Assembly (NCBI GenBank): GCA_951406725.2 | Contig: OX597814.1 | Location: 175,336,001-175,400,000 of the forward strand | Direction of reading: 5' to 3' | DNA: 64,000 bases | Source of the DNA: Octopus vulgaris | Taxonomy: Eukaryota | Part shown: one piece after another, positions 37,256 through 51,899 of the stretch | How the letters are laid out: each line of letters starts with the position of its first letter | Position numbering within the stretch: the first letter of the stretch is position 1 | Position numbers and translations under genes: made by a program | The notes under the pieces: model-generated | Told to the model about the DNA's origin: nothing | What the model saw: only the letters and a program-made list of their open reading frames with translations | Databases searched by the model: none

Positions 37256-37999
37256 TGATTCGTTATCATCACCATCACTATTATGTTTTCAACAGTTTAA
37301 GGGATGCTTCTACCATACCACTAGGCATATCTCTTTTGAAAATATAGGATTGTATCTGTATGCTACATCTATTTCTTTTGTTTCTGGTTCCTTGATGAAC
37401 CATTGTGAACATTTTCTATTCAATTCCGGTTTCCAGTATCATTTAGCCTAACTATATGGGGGCAGTGAGGGACAGCTGGCGATGGACTTTGGTACCTACC
37501 TCGATGGACTGCCGTAATTCTCATTAGAAAACACCACCGGAAGTTGTTGTTGACAAACAACAGCAGTAATTTTATTCAGCTGAATACACATCATCGATTG
37601 GTTGAAATTACCGAAATACGACAACTTTAAAACGAAATAACTTCGTAAATATAAACTTTTCTTAAAAACGCTATAAATAAGATATTTTATATGGTACATT
37701 CTACCAGTATACGAAGTTTGAAAGTGTTTAGTTACAAAAAATTATCTAAATCTGCCGACAAAAATATTAACAGCAGCTAAAACTGGTCCTGAAACTCTGG
37801 TCTACTAGATAAGTGTTAATCTGAGGTTCTTTTTCTTCTTCTACCAGAAGGTTTTTGATTCATTTTCCCAACTAAACGGCAAATTTCGATTCTTAAAAAT
37901 TTTTTTGCGTACATCTTTTAGTATATTACCGCCTACCTGATTTATCTAAATTCATGCCATTAGCTCACTTGAGTTATTTCTTTTAGTTCACATTTCGTG

Positions 38000-38960
38000 A
38001 TACTAAGGCCACCTATTTTGGGGAAAGGAATGTACTACCAGTCAAGTAGTCTAGTTACTACTTGACCGGTTCTTATTTTATGGATAAAAGGAAAAGTCAA
38101 CCTAGGTGGGACTGAGCTCAGAACTTAAAATAGAAATGGAATTAACTGTCCTTATATTGATAAATAATAATATTTTTTTAATTTGGACCAAACAAAGACC
38201 TGAAGTTTTAGGGAGGATGGGTAGTCAATTAAATCGATTTTTGCCGACTCCCGAGGCAAAGCTGTCCTTAGCAGAATTTGGACTCAGAATATAAAGAAAC
38301 GGAACAAAAACTTCACGGAATTTTGTTCGATTCTCTAACGATCCACCAACCTTTAGCTAATTGTTACTAATTTTGGCACAAGGGCAGCAATCTTCAAATG
38401 ACTCCGGTTGTTCAAATTCATGCTTTATTTTGTCGACTCCGGCAAAGTTAAGCTTAGCAGGATTTGACATCAGGTTGTAAAGAACCAGAAAAAAAGTAGC
38501 TCAAGGCTTTTTATTCGACGCTCTAAAAAATTGTTTCTTATTTTGGAACAAGGCTAGCAGTTTTGAAGAAAAGGTATCAGTCGATAGTATCGATTCCAGT
38601 ACTGGTACTTATTTTATCGACCTTGAAAGGAAAAAAAGTACATTTCTGCAGGATTTGAACCCATAATATAATGAATCGGAACTTAGCACATTGTTTCCTG
38701 ACACTCAAACGAGTCTAACATCTCGCTGCCTGACGCTCTAAATAATCCTGTATACTATAAGCAAAAGGCCTGAAGTTTTGCGACTGCAAGTTAGTCGATT
38801 TCATCGATTCCAGTGTTCAACTGGTACTTAATTTATCGAGCCCTAAAGGAGGAAAAGCAAAGTCGATTCCAGCGGTATTTGAAGTCAGAACGCAAATAGC
38901 CGGAAGAAATGTCGTTTATCATTTTGTCCGACGTGTTAACGATTCTGCCAGTTCACAGCC
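38000..38960 (-). mobile_element. Cluster of about 5 progressively decayed family-B SINEs
   Basis: Repeated ttttggcacaagg..gtcgat..aaagtcgac..atttgaactcagaa remnants. Confidence 0.7.
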
Positions 38961-40814
38961 TGATATCTAAATTATATTAATTATATACATATGAGAGAGA
39001 TGTATATAATACAATTTACTGAACCTTCAGATTTTTATATGCTAGACCACTGGTGTGAATTTGATGTCAATTAAATTAATATTCAATTTCTCACCCTCAT
39101 TTTAAATTTAAATTTATAATAATTATATTTAATTTAGACACATTCAGCAATATTTTTTTTATAAAGGGTGGGATGGAATAATAATGTACCCTCATTTTGA
39201 TAAGTAATAATAAAAGAGAAACTAGAAACTTAGAATTACTATTTATATACCACTTTCTACAAATTCTTTATTTTTGCAAATGTTATGCTTTATTTTTAAC
39301 GTACCAGATTATCTGTAATTTAATGACGTGTTTTTTGCGTTATTTTAAGCGTTTAGAATACCAGACTAACGGAATTCCGGACACATTAATGGAGTATTAA
39401 GTGTTAAGTGGTTAAATGGTTTAGACAGATTAGTCTTTTAATCGATTTTACCAGCCAAATTTTTTCTTTTCTTTTCCTTTTATATGCTTCAGATACCTAA
39501 GTTAAGAAGACAGCAACTCAGACTGTCTAATAAGAATCACCTAATTACTGGATGTTACTTGTGAAGTTTGTTTCTGTTGTCTGTTCAAGCAAATAGTTTC
39601 CATTGTTTGAGGAAAGATATTCGGCTATAAGTTATTTGTGTAGAGTCACTTTATTGAGAAATTTATTGAGACGAAACTTCAAATCTGTCTGTTCATCATA
39701 TTATTTGAATCTAAATTAAAAAACTTTACTGAACTTTGTAAGTCTACTTTAAATTTTACAATTTCGCACCTACGTGCCTCTGATGTTCAATATTATTATT
39801 ACTAACATACTCGTCTCGCCAAAAATGCCGACAGTTTTATTAATGATAGAAAATGGCGTATCAACGCAGTGGAAGAAAACGTTGATAAATGTCGACAATC
39901 TAGTAATTATTATGTACATACACAAAACTGAAGCACTGGAAGAATCAGACACGGTTGCAACGTCTCGGTTGAAAATATCGTTAGCATAATGCAGGTATGT
40001 GTACACCCAAATGAACATATACATACATGTAGGCTTATAAACACACACATATCTGTGTATATATACACACACGTATACATGTATATAATATATATATATA
40101 TATACATACATAGGCACACACACACGAATACATACATAAATATGGAAGTCTTCTTTCAGTTTCCATCTACCAAATCTACTCACTAGGCTTTAATCGGCCC
40201 TACAACAGGGTAGAAGACTACAGGCAACACTAAGTGTTATGGACAGGCCGTAGTTAAACTCTTGGTTCGATAGTGATACGAGTGAGGAGTCGATAGTGAT
40301 ACGAGTGGCTCTTTCATTAGCAAGCATATATATATAGACAAAATGAGTTAACAAAGCCAAGTCTGTGAGGAGATTTCAGGACATTTATAAGGAAAAATAT
40401 AGGCTGTAAGGCTGTATCTATAACTTTCTGCTAGCTCGCTTATAAATAATAATAATTATATCAAAGACAATCACTAGAAACCAAACTATAATGCACAGCC
40501 AGCCGTCGCTCGCGGGCGAATAAGGCTTGTCAACATGCACCATGATTTCACTAATTGCGAACAGACGCTTCTCAGCCCATGCAGACTGGCGATTGATACT
40601 CATTACAACTGGAGTAATGTGAAATGAAATGCCTTGTTCAAGTATCGCCCGCATCCAGAACCTGATCCCGTGATCTTACGATCATGTACCAAATACCTTC
40701 AGGTATCGAAATATCGAAATTTTGGGTTGACTAAATTAAAAAAAAAATGTATAAAATTATTTATGTTTTTCTTAGCGTGATAAAAACTTTAATGTTTCTA
40801 CATAATTACTTCTA

Positions 40815-41227
40815 GGATCTTTTCGGTTTGAACGACAGTTTTTTCTAGCGGTGTCATATGAAATTGTCACCCATAATTATGACCCTAGTATCGATCTATT
40901 GCATTTCAATCTGTTTTAGGGTTAGAGGTGGAGGGAAAGGTATCTTTTTTTCTTCACAAATGTAAATAAACCCAATCTGTTTCTTAAACGAGGGACATAT
41001 TCATACGGCACAGAATGTTTTTTTTACCTCAATAGACGTCAGTGATTGGTTGAAATTGCAGAAATTGAAGAAAAAAAACAACAAATATCTTACAAACTAT
41101 AGAATTTTCTCAATAAAGCCAAGAGAAAAAGATGTTTTATAAACACATTCTACCAGTATACGAAGTTTAAAAGTGTTTAGTTACCTAGAAATTATGTTAA
41201 AAACTGCCGTTCAAACCGAAAAGATCC
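40815..41227 (+). mobile_element. Merlin-like MITE
   Basis: Both TIRs present; 8-bp TSD tacttcta/ttcttcta. Confidence 0.92.
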
Positions 41228-44214
41228 TTCTTCTATATACCTTCACCGCCCTCTCATGTCTGTTGTTCTCTTATATCCGAAAGTAACATGTTTAATTAAA
41301 GCTTATATGTAGTCTTTCTTTTGATATCCTTTATGTCATTAATATATCAATCACCGTATTTTTCTCTTCCGTTTACTGTTAATTAATCAGTTCTATGAAT
41401 ATGTCACATTAATCTGACGTGACCTTTTCTTCATCATTATCTCAGCGACCAATAACAAAAAAAGAAAAAAATTACGTTAGTTCTTCAATATCTAACCTTT
41501 ATTGAATAATAAAATATCTTTAAATTAATTCTCAACCTTCTCTTTTATTATCAACTTCACACTCCGTTGACTGGTGACAGTATTGCTAAAACAGTGCGGA
41601 TTGAAAATCAAACGAAGCAAAAACGAAAAGCCTGGCAAAAGCAGAAAATAAATTCATGGCATTGCAACACGTGAGGATGGATGAGAGGACAACGATGCAA
41701 TCAGCACATCATCATAGTATTAAGATACTTTATTCAGTTATAGTTATGAAGTGTGATGTATGAGGAAAGGTCAAGATTGTTTTAACTGCAGTTTTTGAGT
41801 GAAGGAATGTCGAGATAGGAAATTTATTTCAGAAAGAGAGATATAGAGGGAGGAAGAGTGTGTGTATGTGTGTGTGTGTGTTTGGAAGAATGGGTGTGCA
41901 CATCAAAGATCGGAGAAGTGAAATGTTGATTAATTCCTGAGATCATTGTCAAATGAAATGAATATTGTGAACGAAACGCTAAAACTGAACAGAAAAGGAA
42001 AACTAAAAAAAAAAAAAAAAATAAATAAATACCATCAGTACTGATCTAAAGCATACGATATTTCGATACGTAACGTAGGCGTTAAGAGGAGCGAAGAATA
42101 TTTTTGAAGAGGACATTTCCAGTTTTAATATTTGGATTGAATATTTGAATTTGTGGCGAATGCAGAGGTGCAGCATGTGTGAAGGGGGAGCAAAATTTAC
42201 CTGGGCATCAAGTTTATTAATGTGGAGTGCCTTGCCCCCGCTTATTAAGAATCCTTGCTATGCTCCTGGTCGAATGTATATTAACAAGGCAGAATGGCAA
42301 AATATGCGATGAGCTTGCTGAATTCACGGCATTTTCGATTCCTGGTTAACTCTTGTTTAATCATGTTTTCTAGTTTAAATACAATGAAAATGAGCATAAA
42401 CGTTATAATCTGATTGATTTTGCCTTTTAGCACCTCAACATCGATATCAATGATATACTTAATTCTATGATAAATGTGGGCCAAATTGCCCTCTTTTGCC
42501 TGTCCCTTCACACCTACATTAGAATGAGATAAGTTAAAATAAGCCTATTTTGGGAAAAATGCATTTCTTTTAAAAAAGTATACCCAGAAAGATAGTTCAA
42601 ATATGGAATTACTTTTAAGGTAGCAGGATTTAAATATATTGTTTGAGAAGATATGTTGTGTTGCACTCAAATTGGTGTTTAGGGGGAAATTATATTTCTT
42701 TTCTTTATTTAAGATGTAAGAAGAGATATGGGTAACCTTTAACGAGAAGCGAGCAGCAGAAGACATGGTTCATCATCAAACGGGCCGCATTACAAAACAA
42801 AAAAAATATAGGTAATTTTTCGTTAGACATGTCATACAGAAAGTCCAGCAGGCCGTAGGTTTCTCATGACTCTGCTAGGGTGTACAATCGAGTTTCTCAT
42901 AACAAGGCCTATATCTCACGGGAAAAGAAAAGGGTAATTTATTTTCCATTATTCTTTTTAGCATTCTTGTGTTTCATACTAGAGAAAATTACAATCCTGA
43001 TAGAATTTAATTTTCAAACATTTCAGGTTTATTTTTTTACATTTCCATATTTTCCTTTCCAATAAAGTAAATGACTTCAATTTCGAAACTTCGCCGGGTA
43101 TATTTTGAGAGAGATTTGGTTGTTATTTCTAGAGAAATATGTGATTTAATAAAAAAAATATACTAAGATGTATTTACGAGAAAAAGTAGATAATATATTT
43201 TTAAAGGAGAGCTATAAATACTAGAATCGATTAGGTGAGAAGCGAACAAAATGCTTTGTATATTTGATTATGTCTCTTCATGACTTTAGTTCAAATCATG
43301 CCCTTCTGGGTTTCGATCAGAAAAGCTCAGGGTTTGAAATAATTTAATAAATCCATCCACTAATATGCGTGCTTGTGTTAAAAATTAATATATTTCAGTG
43401 ATAAACATTTTTCGCACTGTCAGTATAGCAAATCTTAGATATTTAACTAAACGTAACACGTTTGCAGTATGATTCTCAGCTTACATAGACAGTTATTGTA
43501 AATGTTTGACTAGAATAAGTTAACGAGTTGATTACGAAACCACTTTGTGCAAATATTACAGATGTGATATTCAGTCACCAAGTAAATAATGAAACTTGAA
43601 TAATACCATAAATACACAGCCTGATATTAATATTTTCAATTCTACGTGTAAGATGTCGAATTTTCATGAGAGATCTCATACCAAGGATGACAGAAAGTAT
43701 TAGCAACTGGAGTTAAAAATTATGACAGGAAGCATTAACACTTGAATTTAAACGAAATTTCTGGAAAGTAACCTCGAATATGTCGCCTCTTAGTTGCTGA
43801 GATTAAATCGTTCATAATTATTTGCGACAATCCCTCACCTAATTCAGAATTTTAAAACACTAGTACAATAGATAGCTGTTCTTTGCGAAGCAAATCAATT
43901 TTGTCAATGCGTAAAACTTAATAATCTGGAGAAATCAGTGGTGGAAAATACAAAGATTAAAGTCTGCAGTATCAATTAACAATGACTGGCAAATATTCAT
44001 TGCTGGTTCTACACGCAACTCTGCCAACAGCAAAGAACACACCGAAGACCGGAAATTTAATTTTACAAATTAACGTATAATTTTCATTTCAAAAAGGACA
44101 AGAATTGGAAAATCATGAATTTTAGAGGTAACGAAAGTAAAAAAAAAAAAAAAAAAAAAAAAATCTTCAGGACAAATCAGGTTTTCAGAGTATCATTAAA
44201 GTATTATTTTCTAT

Positions 44215-44580
44215 CTTTCACATGTTTTGATCATTGAACTGCGGCCATGCTGGAGCACCGCCTTGACGTGTTTAGTCGAACAACTCGACTCCAGTACTTA
44301 TTTTATAAGTTTGGTACTTATTCTATCGGTCTCTTTTGCCGAAACGGTAAGTTACGGGGATCGTAAACAAACCAACATCGGTTAAGTGTTTGCTGGGGAC
44401 AAATACAAGCACGCACACACGTATATGATGGGTTTCCTCATAGTTTCCGACGACCAAATTCTTCACAAGGTCTTGGCCAACCCGGAGGTATAGTAGAAGA
44501 CACTTGCCCAAGGTGCAGCGCAGTGGGACAGAACCCAAAACCATTGGTCGCATTGTGAGCTTCTTAACCATACAGTCAAA
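44215..44580 (-). mobile_element. Older family-A SINE
   Basis: Reverse-complement match. Confidence 0.8.
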
Positions 44581-44699
44581 CAAGCATGCAAGTTTATGAT
44601 TTATACCCAACTAAACCACTTGCAAGCGAGTATGATTTGGTAGCATGTATCATGCTTTCTCCAATTACTGTAGATACCTATGTAGTAGCAAGTGAACAC

Positions 44700-44930
44700 T
44701 GACAGCCACTCTGTTCTACTTTTAATCCTGTGGAACAACATCAGGAATCTAACAACTAGAGGGGAGACAGGGCTTCACTCGCATTAGCTGGTATTCATTT
44801 CAGCAGGGTAGGCCCGAGCAAATGTGAAATGTAGTGTATTTCTCAAGGACACAACACACCACTCGGTCTAAGAACCGAACCCATGGTCTTATGATCACGA
44901 ACCGAACACTGTAACAAGTAGACCGCTAGT
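44700..44930 (-). mobile_element. Old tRNA-derived SINE (gtgtccttgag..cacatt core); related piece at about 40570-40700
   Basis: Minus strand has ..gggttcggttct..gtgttgtgtccttgagaaatacact..; a decayed B box and core. Confidence 0.55.
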
Positions 44931-46983
44931 TTTTACAAGTTCATGACTATATGTTACAAAATGCTACCATTTTGTAACATTTTGCATGATGAACAAATTT
45001 TGGAGGACAATACTTCAGCTTAGAAAAGGAAAACAACCTAATGAGTACAAGGTAATACTGCTCCCAAAACTGTTCTACATTAGCGAAATGTGGACCTTAT
45101 ACTAGTGTCATAAACTCTTTTCACGCAAACTGCCCAAGAAAAATCCTCAGTTCGAGAGGCAGAACAGAATTCCAGACTTTGAAGTGTTATAGTGGTCAGT
45201 CTGAGCTACAATAGGTGGTGAACGTAGCTCGAATGCCAAACCACCAACTGTCATTTATTGGTATGCCGTTCAGAGGGAAGTCTTCTAATCTCAGCTACTT
45301 AAACGCCTCATAAGCAGGATCGTTTCCAGTTTCATGAGCTTGTTAGCTCCAAGCATGAAGAAAATACAAGACTATATTTTTGGCATTGCTCCAAAATAAT
45401 TTTTGATCTCTATCTACCGAAGAATCACGATTTCGACCTAGTTGGTTCTCATTCATGTACAGTTAGAATCTAACATACTCTCTAACCTGACAATTCATAT
45501 GGTAGCCAGTATCCAGAATATCATCTGTTGCTGATGTAAATTTAACAATTAGTGAGCGAGGGAAATTAAATAGCATACCATCAAGTATATGAATGAAGTA
45601 ATATTATTGGTCGAAATCACTGTTTCAGTTGTTAGATTACATGGATACTATATTCTCATATGTCATAGAACCAGAACTACGCAAAAATAATAGTGTATAT
45701 ATAAGTGAAAATATGATTATGAGGTGGCTTTTCCAGTCTATATATTTATTAAGAAAATAAAGCCTCCTCTGTTTTAGATACGATATAAAAAGTGTGATAG
45801 TCATACCTTTTCCAATGACTTTAACTGAACCTCTTACACGCTCGTTCGACCTGTTAGAAACATCATCCAAATCTCGCTCAAATCCGCACTTTATCCTCTT
45901 ATACAAGAGAAGAAAACATTGGGTAATCTATTCCAGAGTAAAAGGGGTTAGCATGTCGCGAAAGCTTTTAATCACAGGGTTGCTCAATCAGGGCTGGCTT
46001 AGAGCTAAACATTTCAGCGGCGTACTGAAACACGCATTCTCAGTTGGTCGTGATTTTATATTGCACTCATCAAAAAGAAAGGTAAATAGAAATTTCCTTT
46101 TCTAAACTGATTGTGTCTGTTGTGAAGTTAATGATAGGCTTTCTATTATTGTTTTCTATTATGGACTTTACTGTGTAGAAAATAATAATATATAAGTACC
46201 AAGGGTTTGTTGCAGTATGTGAAAGCTGGAAATAGTAATTAGGACTATTATTTTAGAATGAAATATATTCGAAGAATATAGTTATAGAGCGACTTGCTTA
46301 AAATACAAGAACAATTTAATATTTTTTTTTTGGTTTTAATACTATGATAGGGTGAAAGCTTTAGTTAAAAATTACATTTCTTATGCAGGCAATAAAACTT
46401 TATACAAATGTTTAGTATTTTTACATTATCCGTACAGCAATCAACACAACTGATAACTTGCATTTCTTCCTGGTAATAAATATTACTTTTTATCTGGAAG
46501 TTTCTAGTGGTAATTTTTCTTCTGTCTAGACAAAAGAAATCAATAGCATCAATGTTATTCGTGTTTTATGTCAATGAGTCGGATCTCCAAACATTGAATC
46601 ATGATGTTCACACTTTGTTATAAATACATTGCAGCAATTTTTATTGATGCTTGACGATACCCATCGCTAAAATTATTACGAAATTGTCTCGAATTTCTTT
46701 TCGACAGAATTTCTGATGGCTCTGTTAATTCCAGTGGGAGTTTCAGAAAATTCAATTTTAAGTTAGCCTTTACAGGTTACAGTGAATTTCAGATAAAATC
46801 TTGAGACCGATTAATTCCAGTACTTTTTAAAACTTATAATATGGTTTCAGGAATTCGATATGATTTGAAAAACTTCATTCACGTTTCGTTTTCGATATAA
46901 CGATGCCTATACATATCACATATCAAATAAATAGAAAGTTTGTTGGAGTATAAATTAAAATCAGTTGCACCAGTTTCAAAGCC

Positions 46984-47181
46984 GTTCAAGAATTTGGACC
47001 TGGAGATCTCCATTTCCAGCGACTTCGAGGGCAACCTCCCAGTGGTGTCGGGCGTCAACGAAGAGCCCTCGACTACAACAAGACGACCAAATTTTTTTTT
47101 TCCAAGGTCTGGGGTTTCCCGCTCCTAAGCCCTAGACCATCACCTAATCACCCTTACCCGTCTTGTTGCTTAACAACAACA
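46984..47181 (+). mobile_element. About 200-bp structured retroposon with (AAC)n tail, copy 2, 13-bp TSD
   Basis: TSD accagtttcaaag at 46969-46981 and 47182-47194. Confidence 0.85.
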
Positions 47182-48106
47182 ACCAGTTTCAAAGATGACG
47201 AAATTCCACATTATAAGCATCGATTTAAAAGAGGCCTTCTGGCAGGACTCGAACCACTTTAGCTATTATTTATGGTAGTTAAAAACTCGTAACATCTCCC
47301 CTGTGACTTATTTCTGTGATTTCTTTTTCCAGGGACTATCTTCGTCCAACTAAAAAGTATCCTCGTTCGTACCCCTTTCAAATATTCTAATAAACATTCA
47401 ATGATTGTAAAAACAGCATTTGTAGTCGTTTCTATCTCTTAATATTGTCATATAGAAACAATTATATATATATCTGCAGCTTAAAACAACAACAATTTAG
47501 AAATATCTGTTTACCCCAGCGTTCCTTGAAGTCATGTTTTGTTTTCTTTATTATCTCTGTTACTTGCTATATGGAACAGTACAAATCCCCAAAATTGCAC
47601 AACGCTTATAATCTTATCCCAGGACGGTAGATGGTAGAAACGTTAGCACTTGGTTATGCTTCTGTATGTTATTGGTTCAAATTATACCCGGGCTGTCTTT
47701 GCTTTTCATCCTTCACAGATCAATAAAATACATAATTGATTTATATCGGGTAGACATTTCCAAAAGCAAACTAAAGACTGACGAACTACCAAATGAAAAA
47801 CTATTCCCACTCATTGTAAAAATTGTGGCTTTGTATAAAAATATATAAAAATAAAAATAAGCGGAAATATATACAAATTCACATATCTCAGCAACTGTTT
47901 ATCATCCATGGAGCTACATATCGTTTTTAATCAACATGACAAACATTTATCATGCAGATGGCGCCTGAGAATTGTTTAACTTTCAAGCAGTTATTTCTTT
48001 TACGCAAACGGATGTATAAGAACTGGGGTCGATATAATCGACTATAACGGTATCTGTCCCACTTCAATGACCATTACAAGAATAAATTCTTGTACTACTA
48101 TTACGA

Positions 48107-48290
48107 CTAGCACAGCCCCATTGTTACGTAAAGTAACTACAATCACCATACAACTACGGTTACTATATTTCCCAATTACTCGATAGTTGAGGTTTTATAG
48201 ACTTTTTACATTGTATAGCCAGATAGTCTGATCACGAACAGACAGACAGTTAGCCAGTCAGTTCTATTACGGTTTTATTAATATATTCAA
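48107..48290 (-). mobile_element. Possible decayed non-autonomous Helitron
   Basis: actagcacagccc start and cagacagacag..ttttattaatatat end, the same architecture as 26591-26877. Confidence 0.4.
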
Positions 48291-49247
48291 AAAAGCAGTA
48301 GGTTTTAAGATTTCATTAATGCAAAGCGATATTGCGTTGTTGATGTCTGATCTGAATTACACAAGTCACATTATCAATGTTACAGTATAAATTTTACATT
48401 AGAAACAACATACACACATGTTATTTATGATTTTGATTACTCACACATTCCTCATATGGTCAATGAGGTTAAATATGCCTGACTTGTATCATTAAAAGCA
48501 AATGCAATATTGAATTCGTAATGAGTCAAAAGTGTTAAAGTTCTTTCAAAAAATACTACTCAACCAAGACTAGTGTTAGGAAAACAAGCAAACAAACAAA
48601 CAAACAAAAAACCCATTTATTTTATAATAAAAAATATCATATCATTTCAAAAGGAATTTTTAAATCCCCGTACTTCACCTCGTACATATTCCAAATAAAT
48701 ATAAAAATATAAGAAAGTTATCAGTTTGTTTGTAATTTAATATGGAAAATGTCTAAATTTTCTTTTCTTTTAATTTTTTTCTTTTAGCTTAATGATGGAT
48801 TGATAGAGTAATTACAAAACCATTATCTGATCGTATCAAAAGTGATACAATTCCATTAATCGAACAACACAGAATCCAACCTTTGGAAGCATAATAACCC
48901 TGGTGTTTAGTATTTCTATCTTTTACGTTATCTCCGGGGAGCCGAGGAAGACGATACTTTGTCTGTTTATAGCATTGTTTTGCACAGAATCTATTTTTTT
49001 CAAGACCTGGCGAAATGTTACTGACAACCTGTAGAATTTCAGCTAGCCAAGATCGAAGGTCTATGTCTCGCCTCGCACTGTGTTCTGTTAATGATACTTT
49101 CAATAGACAAACAAGCCAGATTTGGAAATGTATCTCGTCAACAAGGGAACTCTATGTATCCATTCGGCTTGCAAGAAATAGCAGTCAAATCTGCTCAGAT
49201 CAAATCCTTCCATCTTAAAAAAAGGCCACATTGTTAATACAGATCTA

Positions 49248-49680
49248 GGATCTTTTCGGTTTGAACGGTAGTTTTTAACATAATTTCTATGTAACTAAAA
49301 AATTTTAAACTTCGTATACTGGCAGAATGTGTTTATAAAACATTTTTTTCTCATGGCTTTATTGCGAAATTTCTATGGTTTGTAAGATATTTGTTGTTCT
49401 TTTTCTTCAATTTCTGCAATTTCAACGAATCACTGACGTCTATTGAAGTAAAAAACATTCTGTGCCGTATAAATATGTCCCTTGTTTAAGAAACAGATTG
49501 GGTTTATTTACATTTGTGAAGAAAAAAAGATACCCTTCCCCCCACCCCTAACCATAACCCTAACTAACCCTAACCCTAAAACAGATAGAAATGCAATAGA
49601 TCGATACTAGGGTCATAATTATGGGTGACAATTTCATATGACACCGTTCGAAAAAACTGCCGTTCAAACCGAAAAGATCC
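49248..49680 (-). mobile_element. Merlin-like MITE
   Basis: Both TIRs present; perfect 8-bp TSD cagatcta. Confidence 0.93.
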
Positions 49681-51899
49681 CAGATCTATATACTCTATAT
49701 TTGAAAACAGGTGGGATGGTTATAGCTGAAATACCTTTGATCATTGGTTTGTTCACTCATTGTTAGTTACGACTTAACAACTACGATAATAACAGTAATA
49801 ATGTGTATCACAACAAGAGAGCCTCTCCGTGGTTCCGCGACATGTTAGAAATAGCAGCAAAATCTCCTTTAAATCACGCTCTATTACCTACAAAAGAGAA
49901 GGACATATTGAGTAATGTAATCCTGTATACTATGTCTGAAAAAGAAAAAAAAGACTTGATGGTCAGTAGACTAGAGTTGACTTGTGTGTCCAGTGAATCG
50001 CTGTACGCAGTAGAGGCATTGTAAAAATGACAGGTGTTTGGCTAGTATGTAGTAACTCTCATAGAACTTAAATAAACAAGTTACTAATACGCGTTATTCT
50101 CTATGGCATTACATAAAGCAAATTGCACATTACTACAAGTCATCTATGCCAACTGTCTAACTATTCCTGAGTTCATCAGCTCTTCTGAATTTGTGATACA
50201 ACGATTAAAGCCAGACCGAAAGGAGAAGTCATGCAACTGAATGTTAATTCAAATATGATGACTTGCCAATACATCATTGAGAAAGTGAGAAAGAGTAAAA
50301 GAGTAAAAGAAAAGGAGTCTGATCGCCACCATCCTTTGTCTTAAATATGGTAACTACATAAGGGAACTAATTAATGCATTAGTAAAATGCTCATCCTAAT
50401 ATTAAGAAGCTGCAAAAAGCTTTTTGTCAGTACTGCTTATTCATAGATACACGAGAAAGCTTCCTAAAGAGTAGCTGTCTTTACTAAAGTTTATAAAGAT
50501 TGGTGAGATACTGAGAAGTTTCCGTAACTGAGACCTATTGAATTTAAATACTTCATCTTATATCATGAAGACATTTTTCGGAGCAAATTCAACACCTTAA
50601 ATAACGAATCCCCAAATAAAAATCTACTCACACACTCACTGCAAAATTTGTGGCTTTATGCAAAAGAAAAAAAAAAGAAAAACTCTTCTGGAAGCTCAAA
50701 ATCTCAAACAGAAATATATATTAAATCCAATATCTCAGCAACTGTCTATGGAACTGCGTTTAACTCACAACACACGATAAATGCCTGCCAGTAACAACAC
50801 ATTTCTTCAAGCTTTTTATGTGAGTTCTTCTAATTTGAAAAGGGGAATCTTTCCCGAAATATTATAGAATCATTAAATAACTTATGTAAGGTAATACAAT
50901 ATTTTTTCTCTTTGTTTTCATTTATTAACATCATATTGCATATTTTGTCTAATTTCTCGCCTGTATTGCTCAAGTTTTGTTTCAAACATTTATATCAACT
51001 TAACTATCATTTATCATGCAGATAGCACTTGAGAAGTGTTTATATTTAAGCAGTTGTGTCTGTACGTTAACAAATATAGGGAGTGATATATTAATTAGAA
51101 AGTATATTTTTGTGGTGTAGTTTGCACGAAAGATTTTCAATTTTTAGGAGTAATTATTATATAAATATTACCAAAAGTATTTAGTTTTATTAGTCATAGC
51201 AAGTGACCTGATCTGAGATCGTGTGCTGGAACGAAAACAAATATAATTGTTAACAAATATAATTATTTAGTAATTCAGTCGCTAACACTTCGGCAGCTTC
51301 GGCTATATCATAGTTGTATTAATGAATTCAAATAAGGGGGAAACGTCCGAAGTAATTTTCCGTATTTGTTGATAAAAACAAAAACAAAAAAACAAAACAA
51401 AAAGAACATTAGTCCATGATAAATATCTTATTTTTGCTGCATTTTTGATATTACTACAGTTTTTATAATGTGCCAACCATTAAAAATATTTTATCTCACT
51501 TTATTAGCACCATTAAAAACACTCTATTATCATGTATACATACCCTGCTTATCACTTCTGATCAGTTTTCCAATCGATATATTGGGTTGGATAATAGATT
51601 TACTGATCTATAACAATTATCCAGGCATTTCCTTTTAACAATATAAAAGTGAAGAATCTGCAGTTCTAGGACGTTAACAAGATTGTTGAGTTGATGGGGC
51701 TATAAAATAGTGATGATAATTAGACCATATCAAAATTGGAACCCATCTGGAAGCTTCTACGTAGTCGCTCGAGCTGTTCAATCCAGTCCCTAAAAATTCT
51801 GGTAGCTTCTACGCAGCTTGAGCTGTTCAGTTCAGTTCCTAAAAATAGGTGTCACATATTTCGAGCCTAAAATCTCAGGAAAGTCGAACTGTAATAATT

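Noticed and set aside
40267-40307. 23-bp tandem duplication (similar small ones at about 35570 and 51750-51845)
   Set aside because: Ordinary slippage duplications.
42163-42268. Possible tiny DNA-transposon remnants (also 7150-7210 and 42780-42876)
   Set aside because: Only single or very decayed termini and no verifiable TSD.
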